Below are positions 37,412-49,389 of a stretch of 64,000 bases of DNA, one piece after another. Origin of the DNA: Curvularia clavata (taxonomy: Eukaryota); assembly GCA_023920165.1 (NCBI GenBank), contig CP089277.1, forward strand, positions 1,240,001 through 1,304,000, given 5' to 3'. A program made the position numbers and the translations under genes. Numbering within the stretch: the first letter of the stretch is position 1; the number at the start of each line of letters is the position of its first letter. The notes under the pieces were generated by a model. That model did no database searches and was not told the DNA's origin. It worked only from the letters and a program-made list of their open reading frames with translations.

Positions 37412-39519
37412 ATGGTAATGCAAGTTTCCAATATGCTTGCTGAGCCTCGGATTGCTGGCGCACAACGCTTCCCTGAGGTGGAGGACCTCATAGCGGGCCG
37501 ACACCACGAAGCCATGCAGTCGGCCACTGGCTACGACATGATGCCTCAGAGAGACGACTCTAGCATTATGGACGTGTATCCGAGCACCGAAACGGGCTCG
37601 GCGCACGGCTCCTTGTCGCCCTCGAAGCAGATGCCCAAGAAGCACGTCAGCTTCGAATTGCTGCTCCCCCAGTCTCCAGCCCACAAGGCTCGACTACCAA
37701 TGCGGGTAGATATATACCCTCACGATACAACAGACTCGATCATCACAACAGTTAAGAACTTCTACGGTCTGTATGAGCGTCGCGGTGTCATATTCGAGGA
37801 CCGCCATGGCAATACACTCATCGCGCGGTTCGAGAACTTCGAACATGGCATGACCGTCTACGTCCGAGTCTCTCCAGAGAGTCTGGACGCAGATGAATAT
37901 TCTCCTGATCCGCGACAAGCCACCGTCTCGCCCCGTCGTCGTCCCCACCTCGAAGAAGCCTTCCAGATGCTCCCACCTCACCAGCACAACCAAGCAGGCG
38001 CAAGAGCGGGGTCTCGTCATGCACGCCAGAGCCGTTCCCCACACCCGGGCCGCGGTCGCAGAAGCGCTTCAATCAGCAAGCGCATGCGCCCTTCTACAAA
38101 GAGTCGCGGAAACAGCTCCCATGGAAGCTTCGCTGAAGCCAATGGCGATGACTACACCGACAGCGAGGGCGAACATGGCTCAGTAACCAGCTCACGTCGC
38201 TCGAGAAAAGAGCCACTGGCAAGTGCTGAGATCAGTGTCGATAATATTGTCGAAGGTGGGCGCCGGAAGCGTGCGAAGTTTGACAGCTCGGTAAGTACCT
38301 TGGGTGGGGGGGCATGTATCGTGCAATAGTCTGACACCCATTCCTTCCACAGGAGCTGCCATTGTTCGTCCCGCCTCAAGTACCAATGACTGCTTCTCTG
38401 TCATCTGCATCTCCACAGCGACGTATTAGCGGTAATACTGCTGGCTCACCATACTCGGTCAACCAGCAGACATTCTCATACTCACATCCGCTGCCATCGC
38501 CGCAGAGCTACAATCAAGGTGACAGTTCCTACATGCAAGGATTGGTCACGCCTTACTCTGGGTCAAGTGGTCCAACCCCGGGCCATAAGTCTCGCGCCCG
38601 AGGTTCAGGGCAATATTCTCACTATCGCTACTCCGGTAGCAGTGGAATGCTCCCTACCCCTGATACCACTCTTGCGAGTATCAGTGTCATCTCTGATGAA
38701 GATGTGGCCCGCCAGCTGATGCGTTTGGGTGACGCATCCAACTTCTCCACTCATGGTCGCACCTCGACGTCGACGCTCGACGATGCCTTTAGCGGAAAGG
38801 CCGACGCAGCATCCTCGAGCGACGAGAGTGCTGATGGTAGTGAGGATGAGGCGGAGCTACCCACTCTCCCATATAACATATCTCGTGGAATTCACGACAT
38901 GGCTCGTGTGTACGATGATGGCGAGAGCAGCGGTGAGGACTATGAAGACGATCGTGACGGTTCCTTCAAGGGCGTCAGCGATGAGATGATGGCCGACGAG
39001 CACAACCATCAGCGTGCACAGTCGGGTGTCATCAAAGCTCGATCCATTTCGAGCAAGTCTGGAAAACCCAGCAAGGCCCGGGCTATGTCCAAGAGCAAGA
39101 GCAAAACCAATGGCACCAGCAAAGCCGCGCCAATGTCGCCATCATCGCTTCCGTCTCAGTCACGCAAAGCTTCGAATGCATCAATCAATTTCCAGCATCA
39201 GCTCGCTGTTGATGAGGAGGATCTTTCCAGCAAGCCACGTTGTCAACGCTGCCGCAAGAGCAAGAAGGGCTGTGATCGCCAACGCCCTTGCCAGCGCTGC
39301 AAAGACGCTGGCATTGGTGCCGACGGGTGTGTCAGTGAAGACGAAGGTAACGGCAGGAAGGGCCGTTACGGACGTCACATGGGTGTCTCAGTCAAGAAGA
39401 GCTCCGTCCCGTCTGCGACATCAATGGCGCCTCCTCCAGCATATGACTACAACATGGCTGTAGATGGTGCTCACACCATAAGCACATCATTGGACAAGAG
39501 CAAGAAGCGAAAGAGATAA
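37412..39519 (+). CDS. Protein with C-terminal Zn2Cys6 cluster (intron 38291-38352; probable 5'UTR intron near 37029-37255)
   Basis: Two long ORFs joined in frame; KPRCQRCRKSKKGCDRQRPCQRCKDAGIGADGC near the C-terminus; basic NLS-like tail. Confidence 0.85.
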
Positions 39520-40796
39520 GAAATGCCCTTGCGGAGATCAACATGTTTGATATACCAACATGGAGCAATTTCTGCTTGCTATCCCTATACATTTTTCCCT
39601 TTCACACTGTGCCACTTTGTGGTACTGACCACCAGCATGTTATCATTAAAGTATTTTACCGTACAGTACCTCCGCTCTCGCTTCCGCTCGCTTTCTCTCT
39701 GTTCCTCTTTTTGTTTGTCTTTTTGTCACACTGGTGTTCTGGATAGCGAATGTTGGCAATGCGTGTGCTTGGGTGGTATTCTTAGCACCTTCCCGTTCCG
39801 CTCCTTCTCAGCAAGTCAAAAAGTGCCTTTTGGCGGAGTGCCTGCGCCGCTACGTATGGATGGAGCGAGCTGGGCTTGGAGATTGTCATGGTGTTACAGG
39901 ACTAGATTGTATCGGATTGGTGGGAGGACAATGGTTGGGTAGAGGATTTTGGCTGGGTTGGAAGGGGGGTTTGTTTGATTGTCCATACTGGTTCACCTTG
40001 GCGAATGTTTTCCTGTATACTACTTGACCAGGTTGCTTGACAGAGTAGTGGCATGTAGTCCATTATATCCAATAAAGCTGTTAAAATAAGGTCTCATGGT
40101 GCATGTGAGAATGGACCCGAAGACGCACGTCCTTGACAGATGGGCGTGAGGATGTGAAGCCCACGCAACGGGCTCACATATGTCATGTCTAAGTACATGT
40201 GCGGCACAGGGCCCCGTGGACCGGTGAGGATGGATTTGGTATCGGCTACACTGCATTCGTCCATCCATGCCGAAACGTCGTCATATCTATGACCACCACG
40301 CCTTCTGGAGACACACGACTGCTGCGAGTACCAAGAGGCCTTTGTCGTGAATCCAACGGTCCACGACAGCGCTGCTGGGTCGTGCTCAACCAAAACAGCA
40401 CCAGGGCTGCTAGCCAGGGGAATGGCCCTTGGATAGTCGTAGGCCAGGGCGGCAATCGACAGGAACGGGCCTTGGATGACGGAGCGCGGCTGGCAGGGGA
40501 TCGGCGGGTGCCAGGGCAGGGCCAGAGGCTGTGCAGCCTGCAATCAATACTGCTAGCCATAAGGCGTTCATACTTCGCTCGTATTGTACGACCAGCCGCA
40601 CAGTCACTCGTTCGTGTTGTAGTCGCAGTCGCGCTCCCTCGTCTCTCTGCTCTTGCGCCTTGACTTCTCCCACCGAGGCTGCGTAGTGTCGCGGCCACGA
40701 TTGACGGTTGCTTTCGTCTCGACTCCTCGTCACCAGCCACAGTTTTAGCCCTGCTCCGATCCGATCACCGCTGAGACCCCACACAAGACGGACGCC

Positions 40797-42970
40797 ATGG
40801 CCGAGGGCTCCATCAAGTCGCGCATCGCTGCGCTGAACCTCGAGGAGGTCCATACGCCTGTCCCCGGTGCAAAGCCTACCTATACCTACGATGCTGCCAC
40901 CACCAAGAAGAAGCCACCTCCTCCCCCGCCCGGCGTGCGACCGCCTGCCTACTCTCGCCAGACGGTCAACAACCCGCCAATCCTCAGCAATGCGCCAACC
41001 TCTACACGCCAACTTGGCAACCAGCCCGCAGCCGTAAACGAAACTCCAAGTCCAAAGATCTCTCCCGCGCTGCCTCCTCGACCGCCTCCACGCAATGGCA
41101 GTACCCCTCGACAAACGCCCACACTGCCTCCGCGCAAGGCCTCCGAGTCGAGCGTACGCAGGCGCGAGTCTTCCGAGTCCATTTCCACAGTCGCCTCTGG
41201 TATTTCGACATTGTCCTTGGGCTCGGTGAAGACAAATGGCACAGGACACAGCAATGGCAGTACGGGAACCTTGTACCAAGTCAGGGCTCCAGCCTACGAC
41301 CCAACCAAACTGCCCCCACTACCGCCAAAGAGGGCTCCTGACGACTCGAAACAGAGCAAGGCTGTTCTGAATGCCATGAAGAGTACCCGCGATCATGTAC
41401 CCGCGCGAGCCCTTCCGCCGCAACTTAAAACCCCGGGTAAGTTGGTAGACCAGCAACCAGACCTGAGCATATGCGCCAATGGATACTTCGAGCACCAAAG
41501 ACTGACTGTGATCGTATACAGACGTACCGGCTCGCCCATCTTTGCCTGCCAGACAATCAACCCTTCCCCAGCGATCGCCTCAACCGCCTCCAACCCTGCC
41601 ACAGAGGCAGTCATCCGCCGACACACAGCGAGCGAGCAGAATAATCGCACCACCGCCTCGTCCTCCCCAACGATCTGCATTGGAAATGGGCTTCAACAAC
41701 AAGGCACCTTCTCCTCCTCCCGTACCCTCAACCCGGCCGCCAGCAGTCACGTCCCAATCTACACCCTCGCCTGGAGCACCACCGCCTATTCCGCTGTCAT
41801 CTAGACCCAATCTGGACGCAATAATGGCCTCAAAGCCAAAGCCAGGGGCTGTTGGGGGCTGTCTCAAGTGTCGCGACTTCTCAGCTCCTGACAATCATGC
41901 TGCGCAATTTCCACGGACTCAACTCCCTTCATCGGATGTTGGCTGGCTTGCTCATCAGCTTTGCTCGCCATTCTCTTCGCCCACTGATAAAGCGCGCGTC
42001 ATTTTCACCTGGCTACACCACAATGTGGACTACGATGTACACTCGTTCTTCAATAACACTGTTTCGCCAACTACCCCAGAGAAGACTATTGCTTCTGGTC
42101 TAGCAGTATGCGAGGGCTATGCCGGTCTCTTCGCCGCTTTAGCTCTGAAAGCAGGATTAGAAGCTATAGTCTGCTCTGGCGCCTGCAAGGGCTTCGGCTA
42201 TACACCACTAGAGCCTGGACAGGCTGTACCGCCTTACAAATCGACGCATGCGTGGAACGCTGTCAAAATCGATAATGGAGAATGGAAGCTTGTTGATCCA
42301 TGCTGGGGAGCCGGACATATTGGATGTCAAATGCGTGGTGAAGGGTAAGTTTCACAACCAGTGGTTTCATCAAGTAGGTTACTAACTTGGCCATAGATAT
42401 GTGAGGTCGTTCAACGCGCGCCAGTTTACCATGGACAACGATGAATTCGGATTAAGGCACTTTCCAGGGGACGCTTCTCAACAATTGCGCAGTGATGGGC
42501 GCGTCATCTCTTACGAAGACTTTATGCGAGATGATCAAGGTGGCCGCGTACAAGTATACGGCGATGCTTTCAAGGAACACGGTCTTGCCGAGCGAACATT
42601 CGAGCCTTCCCAAGCACAGATCAAAGTCCATAACCCCCATGGACCGCCGGTCGTCCGATTCCAGTTCTCGACCGTCTGTCCGCACTGGGACAACGCCCGC
42701 CATGGCAAAGGCCCGCCTTACATCATGCTTCTGAGCGTTGCCGGAAGAGATGGTCGCAAGCCAGATTACAAGACTTTCAACATCGACGGTCATACTTGGT
42801 GGCTCGACGTGCCTCGGATCGAACTTGGCGCACCAGGTCAAAAAATCACAGTCAATGCCATTACCGAGTTCAATGGCAAGGACGCACGTGGCATGAGCAT
42901 TGCTGCCTGGAACAATAAGCAAGGCTACTCATGCAAGTTTGGCGGCGTGGCTGTTTGGGAACTTGTCTAG
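40797..42970 (+). CDS. Proline-rich transglutaminase-like (kyphoscoliosis peptidase/Cyk3-related) protein; introns 41437-41521 and 42345-42396
   Basis: KARVIFTWLHHNVDYD, VCEGYAGLF, HAWNAV, LVDPCWGAG. Confidence 0.85.
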
Positions 42971-43261
42971 TGCTTAGTAGTGCATTTCGCCGACTCGCCT
43001 TATATCAAAGACACGCGAGGTAGGTGAATACCTTATGACGGGAGTATAATGAACGAGAAAAGGGGGGAAAGGTGCTTGGATACCCTGGGCTTGGCTGGCG
43101 TTTCGTATACACATGGCTTCAGCCTATTAATATATTTGGCGTCCTACAATACAACGGCGTTTACTCCAATTGTAATAAAATGGGCCAAGATACGTTGCAT
43201 GTACTGTAGTCGTATCCCTAGGGCTCTCCCACGACAGGTTAAACCGGAAAATAGCGACATA

Positions 43262-43430
43262 TTTGAAAAGTAGTTGTAGTTGTCACAGTGACATTTTGCT
43301 TACTGTATTCTTAGCACTCAAGACTCTACTTTTTAAGGTAGCGGTATTTGCCACAGTCATCCATTGTTTGCTATGTTCTTAGCACTTGCAACTTCAAGTT
43401 TAAAAGTAGCGGTAGTTGTCACAGTCATGT
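43262..43430. repeat. Tandem minisatellite, 68-bp period, about 2.4 units
   Basis: GTAG(C/T)(G/T)GTA(G/T)TTG(T/C)CACAGT starts at 43270, 43338 and 43406; TTCTTAGCACT recurs in units 1 and 2. Confidence 0.8.
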
Positions 43431-43784
43431 ATACCTTTTGCAGCACGTGGAGACGTGCCGCCTTATGTCAGCAACCGTTACGTGTGGCTTAAGTGTGGCT
43501 GAATTAGCCTAGCCCGATCGGCGAAACAGGTGAGGTTGGGTAGGAAAGTACGAACAACAGCGCAACTTCGATCCTCCACCTCCGCCTGTCCAAATCCGGG
43601 GGTCACCTTCACGTCGGTATACTTCGAAAGCCCCTACGAGGTTCTACGTACTCATATACCATCCGGCCGGCCCATATCGCTCGAGCGCTCGATTAATCAG
43701 TTGCTGTGGTCTGCGAAGTTCCACTTCGTTTAGGAATCGCCCCAGGAAGGGCGCAGGACAGCCTCGTGCGCTCCCTTCGCAAAC

Positions 43785-46284
43785 ATGGCTACAGGCTTCG
43801 TCGGGCTCTCAGTCGCAGTGACGCTTCGGAATCCTCCTGGGGCTGTCTTGCTAGGTGTCGTGAGTGGTGTCGACCAGCAGACAGCTACTTTGACCCTTCA
43901 TGATGGTATGTTTACCGACCTTACTTAGAGATAGAGTTCAAGACCATGGCTCACATATGACAGTTTTCTTTCCCAGCTCTGGTCATCGTCTTCCTTCGTA
44001 CACGGTCGAAGGCCAGATGATCGCTGACATCAAGGTTAATGCCTCTGCGCCCGCTCCTTCGCAACCTCCACCACACGCGCAATTCCCACAAAGCCATGTT
44101 CAAGATACCCAACAAAATTCTGGTCAGGAAATGCCACGCCTTGTCAATCAACCATCGTCAATTTCGCACACGGATCAACCTAGGAATGGCGCACGTCAAT
44201 CCATTTCCCAACCACCCCCAGCTGCGCCATTTGTCGACCCTGCGATTCTCAGCGTGGGAAAACGCACGAATACTACGCTCTCTTCGAACCAGCTTGCTGT
44301 AGCTCCACCTCAAGAAGCTCCTGCTACACCCATCAAGCCTGTGGCTGGTGTGAGTGCTGCACCTTTGCCCAAGAGTATACCTTCGTCTGCAAGGCATCTG
44401 CAGCAACAAAACGTTCGGAAGCCAAGTGCGGCAACTCTTGAGGGACCCTTCTCATCGCTGGACATTGCAGATGCAGAGGAAGCCGATAACGAGACGAGGA
44501 GTGCTCGAATTGCACCACGTAGAGCAAGCATTACCAAGACAAGAACAGGCAAGCCTATGGATGATGTGGGCCCTCATAAGAACGAAGATGGTGGCAAGAA
44601 GACTCGAAGAGGAGGCAAATCTCGTAAAAAGGAAGTTGCAGCTCAAGAGAGGAAGAATGGGGCGGACTTGAACCCTGCTGGCGGTATCAAGAAAGGGTAT
44701 GTGCGACCGCTGAATATAAAGCAGACATGCCAGTCATTAAGTCTACATGGGCTAACTAGTAATAGCAAAGGCAACGGGTGGAGAAACACGCCCATGCTAC
44801 AAGCTGCCGAGGAACCACAGACCAGAACACCAGGTGTAATAGGTGGAAGGGTTGGTATTGCCGCAGCAAATGCCTCGAATCGTAAAACAAAACGACAGCA
44901 AGCTCTCGAAGCTACAAACGGCTGGGCTACAGAAGACGCAACCGACATCCAGGACATGCCTGAATTCGACTTTCAGAGCAATCTCTCCAAGTTTGACAAG
45001 CGCACTGTATTCAACCAGATTAGGAACGAAGATACAACAGCAGACGAAGACCGTCTAGTCAGCTTCAACCGTTTGGCGAGGCCTGGAACACATGGTGGAA
45101 AGAACCTACATCCTTCAGAGAATGTACTGGATCGGAAGCTGAAAAGCACGACCAACACAAGCTCTGAAGAGGAGTCGGATTTTGGTAGTGGACGCAACTC
45201 CAGGCGAGCCATGTCGAGAGCTTCGCTCAAGCGTGCGCCTACACGGCAAGGCAGCAGTGTTCAGGCAGACATAGACATGATGAGCTCAGGAGTGCTTCCA
45301 CGCACTAATCGTTCATTTATTGGCCGACCCTACGCTTCCTCACACGCCACTGGCAGCCCTAGGCCAGGCCGCACTGCTACCCCTCCAGACTCACCTGCTG
45401 AGTCTAGCGCAAAAGGCTGTCTGCGTTTAGTTTCGAATAACCGAAAATGCTTTGCTATCACACCAGGTGGCATGCTAGCAGTGGAAGAGACAGCCGAAGT
45501 GGAGTTTGGTCTGACCGAGGATATTATTGCAGAAACTTCAGGAAGGGGCATTGCTGAAGTTGCCCTCACGGCCATAAATCCGGGTGGCAGAAGACTGGCG
45601 CGCGACAACCCCAACGCTAATCCTGTGATAGTCGTTTTGGCAGGCAATCACCGTGGTGGAGCACGAGCCATAGCAGCAGCACGACAGCTCGCTCAGCGTG
45701 GACCAAAGGTCATGGTCGCCCTTCTTGGCTTCGAGCGAAACGCCGACTGGGACAAGGATATAAGGCGACAAGTTGATATGTTCCGAAAGTTCGGCGGCTC
45801 GGTTCGGGCATGGAAAGATACTGAAGAGGCTCTCAAGCGCCTTCAAGCACCACCTGAACTCATCATTGACGCCTTGCTCGGCCGCCACAAGGAATTCGAG
45901 GCTCTGGGCGACGAAGACCAGCGCATCGTACTGAGAATTGTCGGATGGGCGAATAAGTCTCGCGCCGCCTGCCTCGCTGTTGAAACACCATCGGGTGTGG
46001 GTGGATCCACGGGTGAAGTCTCCATTCTCGAAGGCGAACCCCTTGAAGTCCGCGCAAAGTACATTGTCTGTCTCGGCGCACCGCGAACAGGGCTCTTGAA
46101 AGCGCTACAGCATGGTGCTGGACGCGATCCCAAATGGCTTATTTGGATCGTGGATATTGGCGTAAACAAGCCGTGGCGCAACGCTGGTATCAGTGGTGGC
46201 AAGGGCATCAAGTTTGGTGAACACTGGGTTGTCCAGGCGAGGTTTGAGGAATCCCCAGTTGGAGAGGTTGTTGCTAGGGCTTAG
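43785..46284 (+). CDS. EDC3: Enhancer of mRNA decapping Edc3 (LSm, FDF and YjeF_N domains); introns near 43905-43962 and 44697-44765
   Basis: N-terminal LSm-like exon MATGFVGLSVAVTL; EFDFQSNLSKFDKRTVF; RLVSFN; YjeF_N motifs VVLAGNHRGG and IIDALLG. Confidence 0.9.
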
Positions 46285-47115
46285 TGTATCAAAGCGCGAA
46301 AGCGTTTGAAGCGAGGAAGTGAAAAAAAGATACGGCTTCTCCTCTACGGGTCTATGCATTGCGTGGGCGTTTGATTATTTTGTAACTCATCTCGTAAAAC
46401 AGTCTGGGGGAGACAGTGGTTGAGCTTTCTCCTCTCGTGTACTTGTACTTGTCACGGGGATATTTAGGGTTATCAAAAAAAAAATTAAGCTTGGGGCCTG
46501 ATCTTAAGGGAGGGCGTGCATAGCTGGCCTTCGGAGAAGAGAACTCAGCATGTGAGATGTAATCTTTTACCCTCGCCCTTATTGTTTGATATCTGAACTT
46601 GAGCAGCATATATTGAATTGGTATTGGATTTCGCTGCGCGAGTATGGTCGTACTGGACGCGGGCGTTGGGTGCATCGGCACCTAGAACATGAGCACAATC
46701 ATAATAAAGTTTTTGTTGTACACTGCAAATCGAGCGATGTGGAATTTGCCAGATTCTGATACGTAGTCTTCACGATTCAGAGATAGTGGTACCGAAGAAG
46801 AGAGAGAATAAGTTGGTAACATTGAAATCTGCGGAGTTTTTGGGTGATATAACTTTGCATCCTATTTTGTGGTTCCCAACCACCAAATCCACTTCATTAT
46901 CTTCATTATCCGAGGCCCCTCTGTTGCTGGTACAGTATTATTGGCTTCGTTCCTAGCCCACGCAAAGACAAAATTGCTTGCTCTTGTTTGGCAGGCATCA
47001 TATACAATAGAAATTGGAAATATCGTGTGCAGAAATCCACACAGAAGCACAATCCCAAATCTGAGGCAAATACCTCCAAATTTGCGCGGAATTTAGAAGA
47101 CACCTGGGCGCAAAC

Positions 47116-48117
47116 TCACAAATGAGATGCAGAGTTCCTCCAAGCACGGTTCTCCTCTAGTCCAGTCACGAAACCACAAACTCTTTGCACCAGATCATCA
47201 ACAACGTGGTCTGGGTCCTCGTCAAGATTGTGATGAGCGCCCGGAATGATACCACCATCTTCGTCGTCCACAATGCGGCCTCGTTCCCGCATTATCCGCG
47301 TCCATCTCCGTATGAGTGCTTCTCTGTCGACTGAAGCAGGGATATATGGGTCCTCTGAACCTAACAGGAAACATACTGGTGTACTCCTGGGAATTCTGCC
47401 AAATGTCTTGGCAAAGTGCGCGTCAGAAAGGTCGCTGGAGAAGTAGTCGTCATCACCGCCCTTTGCCAGCAGTGAGTATGCGCGATATGCACTGAGAGGT
47501 CCACCCATCTCTTTCAATACGGCATTTCCCTCAGGTGACAGAATCTCTTTGCCCTTTCCTGCGTCAATCAATTCTTTGGCTTGCTTGATAGCTGCCTCCA
47601 GTGCCTCCTTTTTCTCTCCCTCTTTGGCAAAATCTTCCCATGCCTCGCGGTCACTGACTCCACCTTGCAAGATGACACCGTCTAGTGCCTCGCGCCTGTC
47701 TTTTCCCTTTCCTACAAGATACTCCATTATATCTTGGCATCCTGTCGAATGACCCATGACGACAATCTTTTTTCCTGGCCGCAGCTGCTTGAAATACGAC
47801 ACACATTCAGCCAGTTCTCGGGCATCGCGGGCGAGCGAGCTAGTTCCCCAGCCGCGGTATGACGAGCCGAGCAGGACTTCCGCTATGACCCAATTGGAAG
47901 GGAGTGATTTGGCTATTTCGGATGGATACGGGACAGTGAGGAGACCGTCACCGAGACCACCTACCCAGAGGATTGTGTTTGGCGCATCGTTGAAAGGGTT
48001 GAGGTATGTGTGCTCGAATGCAACACGGCGTTTGGAGTACTTGTGGGCGGTGCCGGGAAATGCCATTGCGTTCGTTTCCGACGACTTTGATTCCAATGAC
48101 TTTGTATCCGACGACAT
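47116..48117 (-). CDS. DUF1749/UPF0613 alpha/beta hydrolase (SidJ-like family)
   Basis: WVGGLGDGL, GHSTGCQD nucleophile elbow, ILQGGVSDRE, DDYFSSDL, GSED, GAHH. Confidence 0.88.
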   Translation of the reverse strand: MSSDTKSLESKSSETNAMAFPGTAHKYSKRRVAFEHTYLNPFNDAPNTILWVGGLGDGLLTVPYPSEIAKSLPSNWVIAEVLLGSSYRGWGTSSLARDARELAECVSYFKQLRPGKKIVVMGHSTGCQDIMEYLVGKGKDRREALDGVILQGGVSDREAWEDFAKEGEKKEALEAAIKQAKELIDAGKGKEILSPEGNAVLKEMGGPLSAYRAYSLLAKGGDDDYFSSDLSDAHFAKTFGRIPRSTPVCFLLGSEDPYIPASVDREALIRRWTRIMRERGRIVDDEDGGIIPGAHHNLDEDPDHVVDDLVQRVCGFVTGLEENRAWRNSASHL

Positions 48118-49389
48118 GATGGAATGTACCGGACCAATATATAAACAGGAAATGAGTTAAAAAAAATTTCGAGCTTCTCGCCCAGTGGCGTAAGGTAATG
48201 ACTGACACAAAACAAGGTGGCTGCCAAAATTCAATTAAGAACAGCCGTCCGCGTGACAAGAGATGGATACGCGATGTTCAGGGAAGTGGGGAACCTCAAG
48301 CCTCAGAACCCTATCAAAATTGGCGGGGTAGCCGATCCGAGGCTAGAAATCATCAGAGTGACATGACACGATGCAAACCCTCGACACACAAACACTCGAG
48401 ACCATGACTTATCGCTGCTCAGCCTTGAATGCCTTAGCGCGCAATTATCATACGTGCGGCATTTCAAAAGTCACCAGACCCTTTTTTACACGAGATTTTT
48501 CTAGCCTTAAACGTCTTTGTATTAGCTGTTTCTGGCATGCGGGCGCGTGGTTCGCCAGTCTAGAGGCGCCGTGGCGGACGGACTAGATCTACACTTGGAC
48601 TGTACGCCAAAGTTTATATGCAAGGGGCATTCATGCCGCCTCGCGGTGTGGCCGAATTTTAGCCTTCTAGAAAAAGCTCCTCGATACAAATCCGTTGATT
48701 TATTTCTAGTTTCAATTGATTTTTTCCTGTAATTGGATACACGGATGTAAGCCGGGAACAGTCGTTTGAACACTCTAACGCACCCAATGCTGTATCCAGT
48801 ATTCAAGATTCCAAATTCTCCATGTCACGACTTTGTCTTTCCTTCATGATCCACAACATACCACGTCTTACCTCTTTATTCTTGCCGGTATCTGCCTAGC
48901 TCCATCTATCGTGATAGGGTCTGTTTAGATCAAGCTGTGGAGGCGACGGATCTGTTTAGCGTTCACCTAAAAGCCAAAAACAACAACGGCGGCACGACCA
49001 TATCTTCGGGAATGGATCGTCAAACGATCACCGGCACGAATGTATGCCGGAAAAGAAGGTTCGGATGTATTATGTGGGCTATCACAAAAGAAAGAAAGAG
49101 ATTTATTCTGTGTTGACATCAGCGAGTATGCTCGTAAATCCAGCGGCAGAAACACCTTCTTCCTTAGTACCATAACACCTGACAAGTCTCTTCTTTCAGC
49201 TGCCAATACAAGAGTCAATGTCAGGAGTATAGAACCATCCAGCCCTCAGAATGCAGCCCTCTTAGACGCCACCCATAAAAACTGAAGCCAAGCCCTATAC
49301 TCGGTGGCCTAACTGACTCGCTAGAACCGGGTGGAAGTACACGTGATCTTCCGTTGCACCCTGGATTAGATAGCTCCAGGCTAAGGCAC

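Noticed and set aside
43262..43430. CRISPR-like repeat-spacer array
   Set aside because: The intervening parts are also homologous to each other, so this is a tandem repeat; eukaryotic context and no cas genes
46464..46472. TTAGGGTTA as a telomerase-RNA template or interstitial telomere
   Set aside because: Single 9-mer in a short gap between convergent genes, with no other support
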